Shown here one piece after another: positions 13,128 through 25,885 of a stretch of DNA of 64,000 nucleotides (positions within the stretch are counted from its first letter, which is position 1; each line of letters starts with the position of its first letter). The position numbers and the translations under genes are program-made. The notes below the pieces were generated by a model. It saw nothing but the letters and a program-made list of their open reading frames with translations, was not told where the DNA came from and ran no database searches. The DNA lies in the NCBI RefSeq assembly GCF_902459465.1, contig NC_047079.1, positions 7,688,001-7,752,000 on the forward strand, given 5' to 3'. Source of the stretch: Asterias rubens. Lineage: Eukaryota.

Positions 13128-13682
13128 TTAGTCGTCCCCGCCCGTATTTGAGATATCAAACGGTTGCACTTTATTTCCGCTACCCTTTCCCATAACAAAA
13201 GACCTACGGTCCTGAGGGCTAGAGGATGTACCCATTCGACTCGGTTCACCTAGTGACCTATCCCTACCCCCTTCATCTGTCTTATTGGTTAGAATAACAT
13301 AAAGCTTAGGGAGGTAAACAACCAACAAAGTAACGTATCCATTAAAAATAGGCATCAAACAGACTGCGACAGCGATCTGTATGACTAGTGCCGCGTTTAG
13401 GAACAGAGGCACGGCAGCCGCAATCGGTAACATGTTGGTATAAATGCTGATCACGTAAAACCGCGCCTCGTTAAAGTTACCGGGGACGTTACGAGCTTTG
13501 TAAGCGAAGAAGCAACATGCAAGGAGCAGTAAGAAGTTGTAAGACATCGATGCTACTATCCCTGCAGCTCCGAATTCACAGAAGACGTTCCTGTTCTTGA
13601 AACCATGCGTCTTGACGTAGAGGTCTTGTTCAGAGGTCCAGGTTTCTTGTTTCACTAGTGCACTGATCATGATTATGATGAA
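13128..13682 (-). CDS. Duplicated terminal exon of class C GPCR A (TM4 end-TM7, C-tail), copy 1
   Basis: Acceptor ttgttgttgttttgttccttgcag|TTC; 184 codons FIIIMISAL..ARNVPGNFNEARF..GGDD*; identical peptide to the native exon. Confidence 0.75.
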   Translation of the reverse strand, partial: FIIIMISALVKQETWTSEQDLYVKTHGFKNRNVFCEFGAAGIVASMSYNFLLLLACCFFAYKARNVPGNFNEARFYVISIYTNMLPIAAAVPLFLNAALVIQIAVAVCLMPIFNGYVTLLVVYLPKLYVILTNKTDEGGRDRSLGEPSRMGTSSSPQDRRSFVMGKGSGNKVQPFDISNTGGDD

Positions 13683-14912
13683 CTGCAAGGAACAAAACAA
13701 CAACAACTTATCTTATGCCCTACCACTTATCTATCATGTGAAACGTTTCTTTCTTCATTATCCAGTGGCGTTAGTGTGTGAGGGCGGGGGTTGGGGTTAG
13801 TGCTCTCGGACGCCTCCCCTGAAAGTTTTGAAATCTTTTAAACTGGAAATTGCATAGTGGTACCTCTTTCTATTGCCTCGGCTAGGTGTGCTTGTTGCCA
13901 TATCAAGAGTTCTGTCCGTTGGCGTCGGTGTACACTGTTTTTTGTTTTGATTTGTTCTCTTCGGGGGGGGGGGGCTCCGCCACTGCTGGAATGGTTGGGT
14001 GTATTTGTGTTGTTATATTTATCAGGATTCATGTGACTATGTTAATTGTTAACAGAAAACACGACTGCAGACTAAATATATTACAGCGAAATTGTTTTGC
14101 TTTGAGCTATTTAGTATTTATTTGACAGGACCAAACTAAAGCTAGTAACCATCTACTGTAAATATTACATCTCTCTTAGCACGAAACGCCTGTAAAAGGG
14201 CTGCAGAGAAACTTAACACATTACTTATTCACCAGATGCATTTTTAGTCTGATCATTATTATGCGTGCAACTTTTTGTTTTGTCCTGATACAAAATAGTC
14301 TAAAAACAGTTTGGTTCATAACCAGAAGTAACAATAGCTCAAAATAATGAGATAAATGGTCGCATCTCGGTTATGTTTGAAGACTAAAATTCACATACAA
14401 TGAACACAATAGTATCAAGGCTTATTCCTGACATGATTATGCTGACTGATTGCTAAGGCATTATGTTTTGCAGTAACGCTACAATGAAAAACCCATCTTT
14501 TTCATGGTTTATTAATGAGCGAATCATACACAAGCCGCCTCTGCCATATTCATTAGGTTGTTATTGAAAAGACAAATTGCACATCGTTTATTAAAAGCGT
14601 ATAAGAAGTCAACCGTGAAGAGATAATATTAAAAAATGAATTATGAATTTAATTGATCATGTTTGCCCAATATATACTATACAATTCTTAACTATATCTG
14701 CAACGTCAAGCTATTGATGAAAGTGCAGATTGTTTGTTTACGAATCTATACACTTAGTTACTGTAACGACATAATTCTATCATTAGCTCTTAATTTAATC
14801 AATGAGGTGCTTATATAATAACACTGACAAAAATGTCAAACGTACAAAATGCGAATTCGCGATTTTTGAAAATCATTATTTAGTCACCATGACGTTAACA
14901 TCGATCCCACAC

Positions 14913-15467
14913 TTAGTCGTCCCCGCCCGTATTTGAGATATCAAACGGTTGCACTTTATTTCCGCTACCCTTTCCCATAACAAAAGACCTACGGTCCTGA
15001 GGGCTAGAGGATGTACCCATTCGACTCGGTTCACCTAGTGACCTATCCCTACCCCCTTCATCTGTCTTATTGGTTAGAATAACATAAAGCTTAGGGAGGT
15101 AAACAACCAACAAAGTAACGTATCCATTAAAAATAGGCATCAAACAGACTGCGACAGCGATCTGTATGACTAGTGCCGCGTTTAGGAACAGAGGCACGGC
15201 AGCCGCAATCGGTAACATGTTGGTATAAATGCTGATCACGTAAAACCGCGCCTCGTTAAAGTTACCGGGGACGTTACGAGCTTTGTAAGCGAAGAAGCAA
15301 CATGCAAGGAGCAGTAAGAAGTTGTAAGACATCGATGCTACTATCCCTGCAGCTCCGAATTCACAGAAGACGTTCCTGTTCTTGAAACCATGCGTCTTGA
15401 CGTAGAGGTCTTGTTCAGAGGTCCAGGTTTCTTGTTTCACTAGTGCACTGATCATGATTATGATGAA
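14913..15467 (-). CDS. Duplicated terminal exon of GPCR A, copy 2
   Basis: Same acceptor and peptide as copy 1. Confidence 0.75.
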   Translation of the reverse strand, partial: FIIIMISALVKQETWTSEQDLYVKTHGFKNRNVFCEFGAAGIVASMSYNFLLLLACCFFAYKARNVPGNFNEARFYVISIYTNMLPIAAAVPLFLNAALVIQIAVAVCLMPIFNGYVTLLVVYLPKLYVILTNKTDEGGRDRSLGEPSRMGTSSSPQDRRSFVMGKGSGNKVQPFDISNTGGDD

Positions 15468-16697
15468 CTGCAAGGAACAAAACAACAACAACTTATCTTA
15501 TGCCCTACCACTTATCTATCATGTGAAACGTTTCTTTCTTCATTATCCAGTGGCGTTAGTGTGTGAGGGCGGGGGTTGGGGTTAGTGCTCTCGGACGCCT
15601 CCCCTGAAAGTTTTGAAATCTTTTAAACTGGAAATTGCATAGTGGTACCTCTTTCTATTGCCTCGGCTAGGTGTGCTTGTTGCCATATCAAGAGTTCTGT
15701 CCGTTGGCGTCGGTGTACACTGTTTTTTGTTTTGATTTGTTCTCTTCGGGGGGGGGGGGCTCCGCCACTGCTGGAATGGTTGGGTGTATTTGTGTTGTTA
15801 TATTTATCAGGATTCATGTGACTATGTTAATTGTTAACAGAAAACACGACTGCAGACTAAATATATTACAGCGAAATTGTTTTGCTTTGAGCTATTTAGT
15901 ATTTATTTGACAGGACCAAACTAAAGCTAGTAACCATCTACTGTAAATATTACATCTCTCTTAGCACGAAACGCCTGTAAAAGGGCTGCAGAGAAACTTA
16001 ACACATTACTTATTCACCAGATGCATTTTTAGTCTGATCATTATTATGCGTGCAACTTTTTGTTTTGTCCTGATACAAAATAGTCTAAAAACAGTTTGGT
16101 TCATAACCAGAAGTAACAATAGCTCAAAATAATGAGATAAATGGTCGCATCTCGGTTATGTTTGAAGACTAAAATTCACATACAATGAACACAATAGTAT
16201 CAAGGCTTATTCCTGACATGATTATGCTGACTGATTGCTAAGGCATTATGTTTTGCAGTAACGCTACAATGAAAAACCCATCTTTTTCATGGTTTATTAA
16301 TGAGCGAATCATACACAAGCCGCCTCTGCCATATTCATTAGGTTGTTATTGAAAAGACAAATTGCACATCGTTTATTAAAAGCGTATAAGAAGTCAACCG
16401 TGAAGAGATAATATTAAAAAATGAATTATGAATTTAATTGATCATGTTTGCCCAATATATACTATACAATTCTTAACTATATCTGCAACGTCAAGCTATT
16501 GATGAAAGTGCAGATTGTTTGTTTACGAATCTATACACTTAGTTACTGTAACGACATAATTCTATCATTAGCTCTTAATTTAATCAATGAGGTGCTTATA
16601 TAATAACACTGACAAAAATGTCAAACGTACAAAATGCGAATTCGCGATTTTTGAAAATCATTATTTAGTCACCATGACGTTAACATCGATCCCACAC

Positions 16698-17252
16698 TTA
16701 GTCGTCCCCGCCCGTATTTGAGATATCAAACGGTTGCACTTTATTTCCGCTACCCTTTCCCATAACAAAAGACCTACGGTCCTGAGGGCTAGAGGATGTA
16801 CCCATTCGACTCGGTTCACCTAGTGACCTATCCCTACCCCCTTCATCTGTCTTATTGGTTAGAATAACATAAAGCTTAGGGAGGTAAACAACCAACAAAG
16901 TAACGTATCCATTAAAAATAGGCATCAAACAGACTGCGACAGCGATCTGTATGACTAGTGCCGCGTTTAGGAACAGAGGCACGGCAGCCGCAATCGGTAA
17001 CATGTTGGTATAAATGCTGATCACGTAAAACCGCGCCTCGTTAAAGTTACCGGGGACGTTACGAGCTTTGTAAGCGAAGAAGCAACATGCAAGGAGCAGT
17101 AAGAAGTTGTAAGACATCGATGCTACTATCCCTGCAGCTCCGAATTCACAGAAGACGTTCCTGTTCTTGAAACCATGCGTCTTGACGTAGAGGTCTTGTT
17201 CAGAGGTCCAGGTTTCTTGTTTCACTAGTGCACTGATCATGATTATGATGAA
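16698..17252 (-). CDS. Duplicated terminal exon of GPCR A, copy 3
   Basis: Same acceptor and peptide. Confidence 0.75.
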   Translation of the reverse strand, partial: FIIIMISALVKQETWTSEQDLYVKTHGFKNRNVFCEFGAAGIVASMSYNFLLLLACCFFAYKARNVPGNFNEARFYVISIYTNMLPIAAAVPLFLNAALVIQIAVAVCLMPIFNGYVTLLVVYLPKLYVILTNKTDEGGRDRSLGEPSRMGTSSSPQDRRSFVMGKGSGNKVQPFDISNTGGDD

Positions 17253-18390
17253 CTGCAAGGAACAAAACAACAACAACTTATCTTATGCCCTACCACTTAT
17301 CTATCATGTGAAACGTTTCTTTCTTCATTATCCAGTGGCGTTAGTGTGTGAGGGCGGGGGTTGGGGTTAGTGCTCTCGGACGCCTCCCCTGAAAGTTTTG
17401 AAATCTTTTAAACTGGAAATTGCATAGTGGTACCTCTTTCTATTGCCTCGGCTAGGTGTGCTTGTTGCCATATCAAGAGTTCTGTCCGTTGGCGTCGGTG
17501 TACACTGTTTTTTGTTTTGATTTGTTCTCTTCGGGGGGGGGGGGGGCTCCGCCACTGCTGGAATGGTTGGGTGTATTTGTGTTGTTATATTTATCAGGAT
17601 TCATGTGACTATGTTAATTGTTAACAGAAAACACGACTGCAGACTAAATATATTACAGCGAAATTGTTTTGCTTTGAGCTATTTAGTATTTATTTGACAG
17701 GACCAAACTAAAGCTAGTAACCATCTACTGTAAATATTACATCTCTCTTAGCACGAAACGCCTGTAAAAGGGCTGCAGAGAAACTTAACACATTACTTAT
17801 TCACCAGATGCATTTTTAGTCTGATCATTATTATGCGTGCAACTTTTTGTTTTGTCCTGATACAAAATAGTCTAAAAACAGTTTGGTTCATAACCAGAAG
17901 TAACAATAGCTCAAAATAATGAGATAAATGGTCGCATCTCGGTTATGTTTGAAGACTAAAATTCACATACAATGAACACAATAGTATCAAGGCTTATTCC
18001 TGACATGATTATGCTGACTGATTGCTAAGGCATTATGTTTTGCAGTAACGCTACAATGAAAAACCCATCTTTTTCATGGTTTTTTAATGAGCGAATCATA
18101 CACAAGCCGCCTCTGCCATATTCATTAGGTTGTTATTGAAAAGACAAATTGCACATCGTTTATTAAAAGCGTATAAGAAGTCAACCGTGAAGAGATAATA
18201 TTAAAAAATGAATTATGAATTTAATTGATCATGTTTGCCCAATATATACTATACAATTCTTAACTATATCTGCAACGTCAAGCTATTGATGAAAGTGCAG
18301 ATTGTTTGTTTACGAATCTATACACTTAGTTACTGTAACGACATAATTCTATCATTAGCTCTTAATTTAATCAATGAGGTGCTTATATAA

Positions 18391-21300
18391 TTGTTTGTTT
18401 TGTTTGTTTGTTTATTTCCAAATATCACTATAAATAATTATGAAACATACAAGAAATAAGAACAACGAGTGATAAGAGGAGGGCACCAGGAAAAAGCCTA
18501 GGCTTGTACAGAGCCTGGACCCTTTATAATATAAATTAATAGGTTATAGTTTATAGCAATAACAATATTGATTATTGAAATTAAGGTACGGTGAAAGGTA
18601 TAGTGCATACAGCAAAAAAAACACAAAGCAATGATTGTTTGTAATTAAACTGTTTTGAAAAAAATTTGTTTGCTATGCAGCCATAAATACATATTGAGAT
18701 TGATAACAAAAAGGAAAATTAACAGAACATTATTTAGGAAATTACAAAAACTTGATAATTTGGAATGGATAATCATGGTACGCGTGTAGTTACAGGTGGT
18801 GTCATTTTAGACGATACTGGTTATAAGTAGGTTTTTCATGTATTTTTTGAAGCTGTGCACAGTTCTAAATGAAGGTATTGGGGTGAGCTGATTCCAGAGT
18901 AGGGGGCCTTGATGTCTGACTGTTTTCATAAATAAAGTGGTCCGAGCCTTTCCAATATGAATTTTAGTAGCTGATCTAGTGTTATGTGGATGGATGTCAA
19001 TATTTCGTGTAAAGAGGAGTCTTATGTTACCTGGTAACAAGTTAAATTCAAACTTAAACATAAGGACCCCAAGATGATATTTATACAGTTTAAAAATATC
19101 GAGTGTTTTAAATTGCTTGAAAAGGGGTGCAGTGTGCTCTCTAAAGCTAGAATTGGCTATAACTCTCAAGGATTTCTTCTGTACGATTAATAGCTTGTTC
19201 AGGTAAGAAGCATGAGTATTTCCCCAGGCTAGAATCCCGTATTGAAAGTGGGGCAACGCCAGCGTATTATAAATAGAGAAAAGCACATTTCTAGGCAGAA
19301 TATTTTTAAGTTTACGTAGAACACCCATAACTTGGGAAACTGATGTGTGAATCTTTTGGCAGTGAGACTTCCATGTAAGGTTGCTGTCAATTATAACACC
19401 TAGAAATCTAAAAGAATTAACTTGGCTTATTTTAGAGTTGTTTATATAAATATTGATGATGTCATCTTTACATATATTTGAAAATAACATAAAGCAAGTT
19501 TTCTTTTCATTAATTGATAGTTTGTTACATTTAAACCACAATGAAACCTTATGCAGTTCTGAGTTCATTACTGAAACTGCCTCCTTTAAGTTACTATGAC
19601 TAAAGAAAACATTGGTGTCATCGGCAAAAAGAATAAAGGATAACAATTTCGAAGAATTACAGATATCGTTTATATATAAGAGAAAGAGTATTGGACCTAG
19701 AATTGAACCTTGAGGTACGCCACATTTAATAGTTTTAGATGTAGAGTCATAATCTTTCCAATGAACGAATTGTTTCCTATCAGAGAGATAGCTTTTGAAC
19801 CAGTCCAAGGCCTTTCCCCTAATTCCATACCTCTCAAGCTTTGAAAGTAAGATAACATGATCAATAGTGTCGAATGCCTTTGAAAGGTCCAAGAACAACC
19901 CTATAGTGTGGTTACATTTATCAATAGACGAACTGATTTTGTCAACAAGGTCTATTAGTGCCGTTTGGGTTGAGAAGTTAGCACGGAAACCATACTGGGA
20001 GTTATGCAGAATATTATACTTAGTTATAAAGGTATTAAGACGATTAGCAACCAAGCGCTCAAGCAATTTGGAGAGACATGGTAATATAGAAATAGGTCGG
20101 TAGTTGCATATTAATTTAGGGTCACCATTTTTATACAAAGGAATAACCTTAGCCTTCTTAAAATCATGTGGCACAATTCCTGACTCCAGCGATAGGTTAA
20201 ATATTTTCAGCAACGGCCCAGCAATAATGGTGCCAGTCTTTTTAATAAGATAGCTGTCTAATTTATCATGGCCAGGACTTTTGTTAGACGATAAACCATC
20301 AATACACTTCAGAAGTTCACTTTTAGTTATAGGGGTAATAAAAAGAGAATTAGGATAATCGCCTTCGATAAAATCAGTGGGGTTTAGTCTTGAATCCGGA
20401 ATCTTTGATGCCAGGTTAGGACCAATATTAGTAAAGAAATCGTTAAAATGCTCAGCAATGTGTCTTGGGTCGTCTACGGTCGTACCATTGACAAGGAATG
20501 AATCAGAACCGGGCGGCTTCTTACTTCTTTTGCTCAAGACATTATTGATCATTTTCCATGTTTGTTTAATATTACCTTTTTCCTTATCAAAGGAAGCAGT
20601 GAAATAAATCCTTTTCGCTTCTCTAATTACAGTTGTTAACTTGTTTCTGTATTTATCATACTTTCTTTTGTTAGATTCATTTGGGTTTCGGAGATAGCAT
20701 TTATACAACTTGTGTTTTCTTCTGATTGATTTCAACAGACCCTTGGTCATCCAGGGATTGCACACGGATTTCTTACATTTGAATCGTTTATATGGAACAT
20801 ATCTATCAAACACTTCATTTAATTTTGTAACAAACCGGGAGTAACATTCATTTACATCTTCAGTATTAACAATTTCATCCCATTGGATTGTGTCCATTTC
20901 ACGTTTCATGAAGGAGACATTTCGATCTCTGGTATCCCGTTTCCAATAAAACATATTTGAGTTTTTAACTTTAACAAAACTGGGACCAAACAATACAATT
21001 GGCAAATGATCACTAAGACCTGAAGTAATAATTTCTGCCTGATGAGAGTCTACGCTGTTGGTGAAAATGTTGTCAATAAGAGTAGCTGAATTGCACGTTA
21101 TTCTTGTTGGTTTGTCTACAGTGGGGCGAAAGGAGTGTGAATATAAGATATCCAAAAACTCGCGAGTTGGGTTATGGGAATCATTTTTAAGTAAGTTTAT
21201 ATTGAGATCCCCTAAAATGTAGCAGATTTTGTTTTCAGTCGTTAGTTTGTTAAGAATTTCATCCATTTCTTCGGAAAAGTTAGAAACAGCAAGACCGGGA

Positions 21301-22295
21301 GGTCTGTAAATTAAACCTATGATAATAGTTTTCTTTGTATTTGTACCGATTTCTAAAAAAATTGATTCAAAACATCCTGAAGCACTAACAATATCGGGCC
21401 GAATGGTGTATTGCAATGAGTCTTTTACATATAACATGACACCACCGCCATTTTGCATAGGTCTATTTTGTGCTCACATTTATATCCAGGAATGGATAAC
21501 ATAGAATGCGGGGTGCTTTTGAGCCATGTTTCAGTAAGACCGATAATGTGGAACTTATGTTGTATTTCATTTAGAGTAAAGGTGAGATCTTCAAAATTTT
21601 TGTTTACACTTCTGATATTGGCGTGGAAGATTGAAAAGGAGTCAATTTCTAATTCCTTTGTTTTATCTCTGAGTTGTCTTTCTGACAGGTATTGAGCACC
21701 ACAGGTGTTAAATAAAAGCTGACTAGGATCCGCTGAATTCAGAATTGTCGGGTTAAAACCACAATCATTGAAACGAAGAGTAGTGTCATTCAATGGCTCA
21801 GAGCTACTGTCGTCACTACTTGCGCTTTCGTTATCACTCATTGTGTGAAATGAATTCAAATTGGTGACGACGCGTCGGACAAGCAGACTGATTAAGTACA
21901 ATGGGGTGATTACATGTATCAAGCTAAGAATAAGAAGATGCACTGTGTACAGACTGATGAATGCAAAGGGAACAAAATGGCACCACAATATAAAGCAACA
22001 TGGGGTAACTTGATTTACAAGAAAATAACACAAGTACATTCCAATAAGATTGATTTGTGAAAATAATATACAATTAAATTTAAAGAAATCTTGTGATAAC
22101 ACTCAGAAGAAAACTACTCAGCTGACGTGGGTTGTACTACAAGCTAGGAGATGGGGGTTGCTTCCCCAAGCCGAAAGGTCTTGAACGGACCGCTTTTTCA
22201 GTTTGTAGGAGATTACTGCGGGGACGGACATAGGGATGTAGGCGAACTGTACCCTTGAGTCATTACGAATGGATTGGAGATGATCCTCTCTGAGG
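18391..22295 (-). mobile_element. CR1-group LINE (L2/Crack-like), probably 5'-truncated, copy 1 (frameshifted)
   Basis: APE endonuclease and RT motifs; 3' tail aataaa(caaa)n on minus; absent from the empty units at the same site. Confidence 0.93.
18807..21841 (-). pseudogene. LINE ORF2 (APE + RT) split by a 1-nt deletion near 21465
   Basis: ORFs 21425-22102 and 18807-21458 join to give the copy-2 protein. The sequence reads ggtctattttgtg here versus ggtctatttttgtg in copy 2. This may be a homopolymer sequencing error. Confidence 0.8.
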
Positions 22296-22406
22296 AATAA
22301 CACTGACAAAAATGTCACTGACAAAAATGTCAAACGTACAAAATGCGAATTCGCGATTTTTGAAAATCATTATTTAGTCACCATGACGTTAACATCGATC
22401 CCACAC

Positions 22407-22961
22407 TTAGTCGTCCCCGCCCGTATTTGAGATATCAAACGGTTGCACTTTATTTCCGCTACCCTTTCCCATAACAAAAGACCTACGGTCCTGAGGGCTA
22501 GAGGATGTACCCATTCGACTCGGTTCACCTAGTGACCTATCCCTACCCCCTTCATCTGTCTTATTGGTTAGAATAACATAAAGCTTAGGGAGGTAAACAA
22601 CCAACAAAGTAACGTATCCATTAAAAATAGGCATCAAACAGACTGCGACAGCGATCTGTATGACTAGTGCCGCGTTTAGGAACAGAGGCACGGCAGCCGC
22701 AATCGGTAACATGTTGGTATAAATGCTGATCACGTAAAACCGCGCCTCGTTAAAGTTACCGGGGACGTTACGAGCTTTGTAAGCGAAGAAGCAACATGCA
22801 AGGAGCAGTAAGAAGTTGTAAGACATCGATGCTACTATCCCTGCAGCTCCGAATTCACAGAAGACGTTCCTGTTCTTGAAACCATGCGTCTTGACGTAGA
22901 GGTCTTGTTCAGAGGTCCAGGTTTCTTGTTTCACTAGTGCACTGATCATGATTATGATGAA
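22407..22961 (-). CDS. Duplicated terminal exon of GPCR A, copy 4 (followed by LINE copy 1)
   Basis: Same acceptor and peptide. Confidence 0.75.
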   Translation of the reverse strand, partial: FIIIMISALVKQETWTSEQDLYVKTHGFKNRNVFCEFGAAGIVASMSYNFLLLLACCFFAYKARNVPGNFNEARFYVISIYTNMLPIAAAVPLFLNAALVIQIAVAVCLMPIFNGYVTLLVVYLPKLYVILTNKTDEGGRDRSLGEPSRMGTSSSPQDRRSFVMGKGSGNKVQPFDISNTGGDD

Positions 22962-24190
22962 CTGCAAGGAACAAAACAACAACAACTTATCTTATGCCCT
23001 ACCACTTATCTATCATGTGAAACGTTTCTTTCTTCATTATCCAGTGGCGTTAGTGTGTGAGGGCGGGGGTTGGGGTTAGTGCTCTCGGACGCCTCCCCTG
23101 AAAGTTTTGAAATCTTTTAAACTGGAAATTGCATAGTGGTACCTCTTTCTATTGCCTCGGCTAGGTGTGCTTGTTGCCATATCAAGAGTTCTGTCCGTTG
23201 GCGTCGGTGTACACTGTTTTTTGTTTTGATTTGTTCTCTTCGGGGGGGGGGGCTCCGCCACTGCTGGAATGGTTGGGTGTATTTGTGTTGTTATATTTAT
23301 CAGGATTCATGTGACTATGTTAATTGTTAACAGAAAACACGACTGCAGACTAAATATATTACAGCGAAATTGTTTTGCTTTGAGCTATTTAGTATTTATT
23401 TGACAGGACCAAACTAAAGCTAGTAACCATCTACTGTAAATATTACATCTCTCTTAGCACGAAACGCCTGTAAAAGGGCTGCAGAGAAACTTAACACATT
23501 ACTTATTCACCAGATGCATTTTTAGTCTGATCATTATTATGCGTGCAACTTTTTGTTTTGTCCTGATACAAAATAGTCTAAAAACAGTTTGGTTCATAAC
23601 CAGAAGTAACAATAGCTCAAAATAATGAGATAAATGGTCGCATCTCGGTTATGTTTGAAGACTAAAATTCACATACAATGAACACAATAGTATCAAGGCT
23701 TATTCCTGACATGATTATGCTGACTGATTGCTAAGGCATTATGTTTTGCAGTAACGCTACAATGAAAAACCCATCTTTTTCATGGTTTATTAATGAGCGA
23801 ATCATACACAAGCCGCCTCTGCCATATTCATTAGGTTGTTATTGAAAAGACAAATTGCACATCGTTTATTAAAAGCGTATAAGAAGTCAACCGTGAAGAG
23901 ATAATATTAAAAAATGAATTATGAATTTAATTGATCATGTTTGCCCAATATATACTATACAATTCTTAACTATATCTGCAACGTCAAGCTATTGATGAAA
24001 GTGCAGATTGTTTGTTTACGAATCTATACACTTAGTTACTGTAACGACATAATTCTATCATTAGCTCTTAATTTAATCAATGAGGTGCTTATATAATAAC
24101 ACTGACAAAAATGTCAAACGTACAAAATGCGAATTCGCGATTTTTGAAAATCATTATTTAGTCACCATGACGTTAACATCGATCCCACAC

Positions 24191-24745
24191 TTAGTCGTCC
24201 CCGCCCGTATTTGAGATATCAAACGGTTGCACTTTATTTCCGCTACCCTTTCCCATAACAAAAGACCTACGGTCCTGAGGGCTAGAGGATGTACCCATTC
24301 GACTCGGTTCACCTAGTGACCTATCCCTACCCCCTTCATCTGTCTTATTGGTTAGAATAACATAAAGCTTAGGGAGGTAAACAACCAACAAAGTAACGTA
24401 TCCATTAAAAATAGGCATCAAACAGACTGCGACAGCGATCTGTATGACTAGTGCCGCGTTTAGGAACAGAGGCACGGCAGCCGCAATCGGTAACATGTTG
24501 GTATAAATGCTGATCACGTAAAACCGCGCCTCGTTAAAGTTACCGGGGACGTTACGAGCTTTGTAAGCGAAGAAGCAACATGCAAGGAGCAGTAAGAAGT
24601 TGTAAGACATCGATGCTACTATCCCTGCAGCTCCGAATTCACAGAAGACGTTCCTGTTCTTGAAACCATGCGTCTTGACGTAGAGGTCTTGTTCAGAGGT
24701 CCAGGTTTCTTGTTTCACTAGTGCACTGATCATGATTATGATGAA
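24191..24745 (-). CDS. Duplicated terminal exon of GPCR A, copy 5
   Basis: Same acceptor and peptide. Confidence 0.75.
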   Translation of the reverse strand, partial: FIIIMISALVKQETWTSEQDLYVKTHGFKNRNVFCEFGAAGIVASMSYNFLLLLACCFFAYKARNVPGNFNEARFYVISIYTNMLPIAAAVPLFLNAALVIQIAVAVCLMPIFNGYVTLLVVYLPKLYVILTNKTDEGGRDRSLGEPSRMGTSSSPQDRRSFVMGKGSGNKVQPFDISNTGGDD

Positions 24746-25885
24746 CTGCAAGGAACAAAACAACAACAACTTATCTTATGCCCTACCACTTATCTATCAT
24801 GTGAAACGTTTCTTTCTTTATTATCCAGTGGCGTTAGTGTGTGAGGGCGGGGGTTGGGGTTAGTGCTCTCGGACGCCTCCCCTGAAAGTTTTGAAATCTT
24901 TTAAACTGGAAATTGCATAGTGGTACCTCTTTCTATTGCCTCGGCTAGGTGTGCTTGTTGCCATATCAAGAGTTCTGTCCGTTGGCGTCGGTGTACACTG
25001 TTTTTTGTTTTGATTTGTTCTCTTCGGGGGGGGGGGGGGGGCTCCGCCACTGCTGGAATGGTTGGGTGTATTTGTGTTGTTATATTTATCAGGATTCATG
25101 TGACTATGTTAATTGTTAACAGAAAACACGACTGCAGACTAAATATATTACAGCGAAATTGTTTTGCTTTGAGCTATTTAGTATTTATTTGACAGGACCA
25201 AACTAAAGCTAGTAACCATCTACTGTAAATATTACATCTCTCTTAGCACGAAACGCCTGTAAAAGGGCTGCAGAGAAACTTAACACATTACTTATTCACC
25301 AGATGCATTTTTAGTCTGATCATTATTATGCGTGCAACTTTTTGTTTTGTCCTGATACAAAATAGTCTAAAAACAGTTTGGTTCATAACCAGAAGTAACA
25401 ATAGCTCAAAATAATGAGATAAATGGTCGCATCTCGGTTATGTTTGAAGACTAAAATTCACATACAATGAACACAATAGTATCAAGGCTTATTCCTGACA
25501 TGATTATGCTGACTGATTGCTAAGGCATTATGTTTTGCAGTAACGCTACAATGAAAAACCCATCTTTTTCATGGTTTATTAATGAGCGAATCATACACAA
25601 GCCGCCTCTGCCATATTCATTAGGTTGTTATTGAAAAGACAAATTGCACATCGTTTATTAAAAGCGTATAAGAAGTCAACCGTGAAGAGATAATATTAAA
25701 AAATGAATTATGAATTTAATTGATCATGTTTGCCCAATATATACTATACAATTCTTAACTATATCTGCAACGTCAAGCTATTGATGAAAGTGCAGATTGT
25801 TTGTTTACGAATCTATACACTTAGTTACTGTAACGACATAATTCTATCATTAGCTCTTAATTTAATCAATGAGGTGCTTATATAA

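Noticed and set aside
11931-24778. Array as a CRISPR-like or multi-gene operon
   Set aside because: Units are 1.8-kb near-identical duplications with no variable spacers, and each holds only a last exon, not a complete gene.
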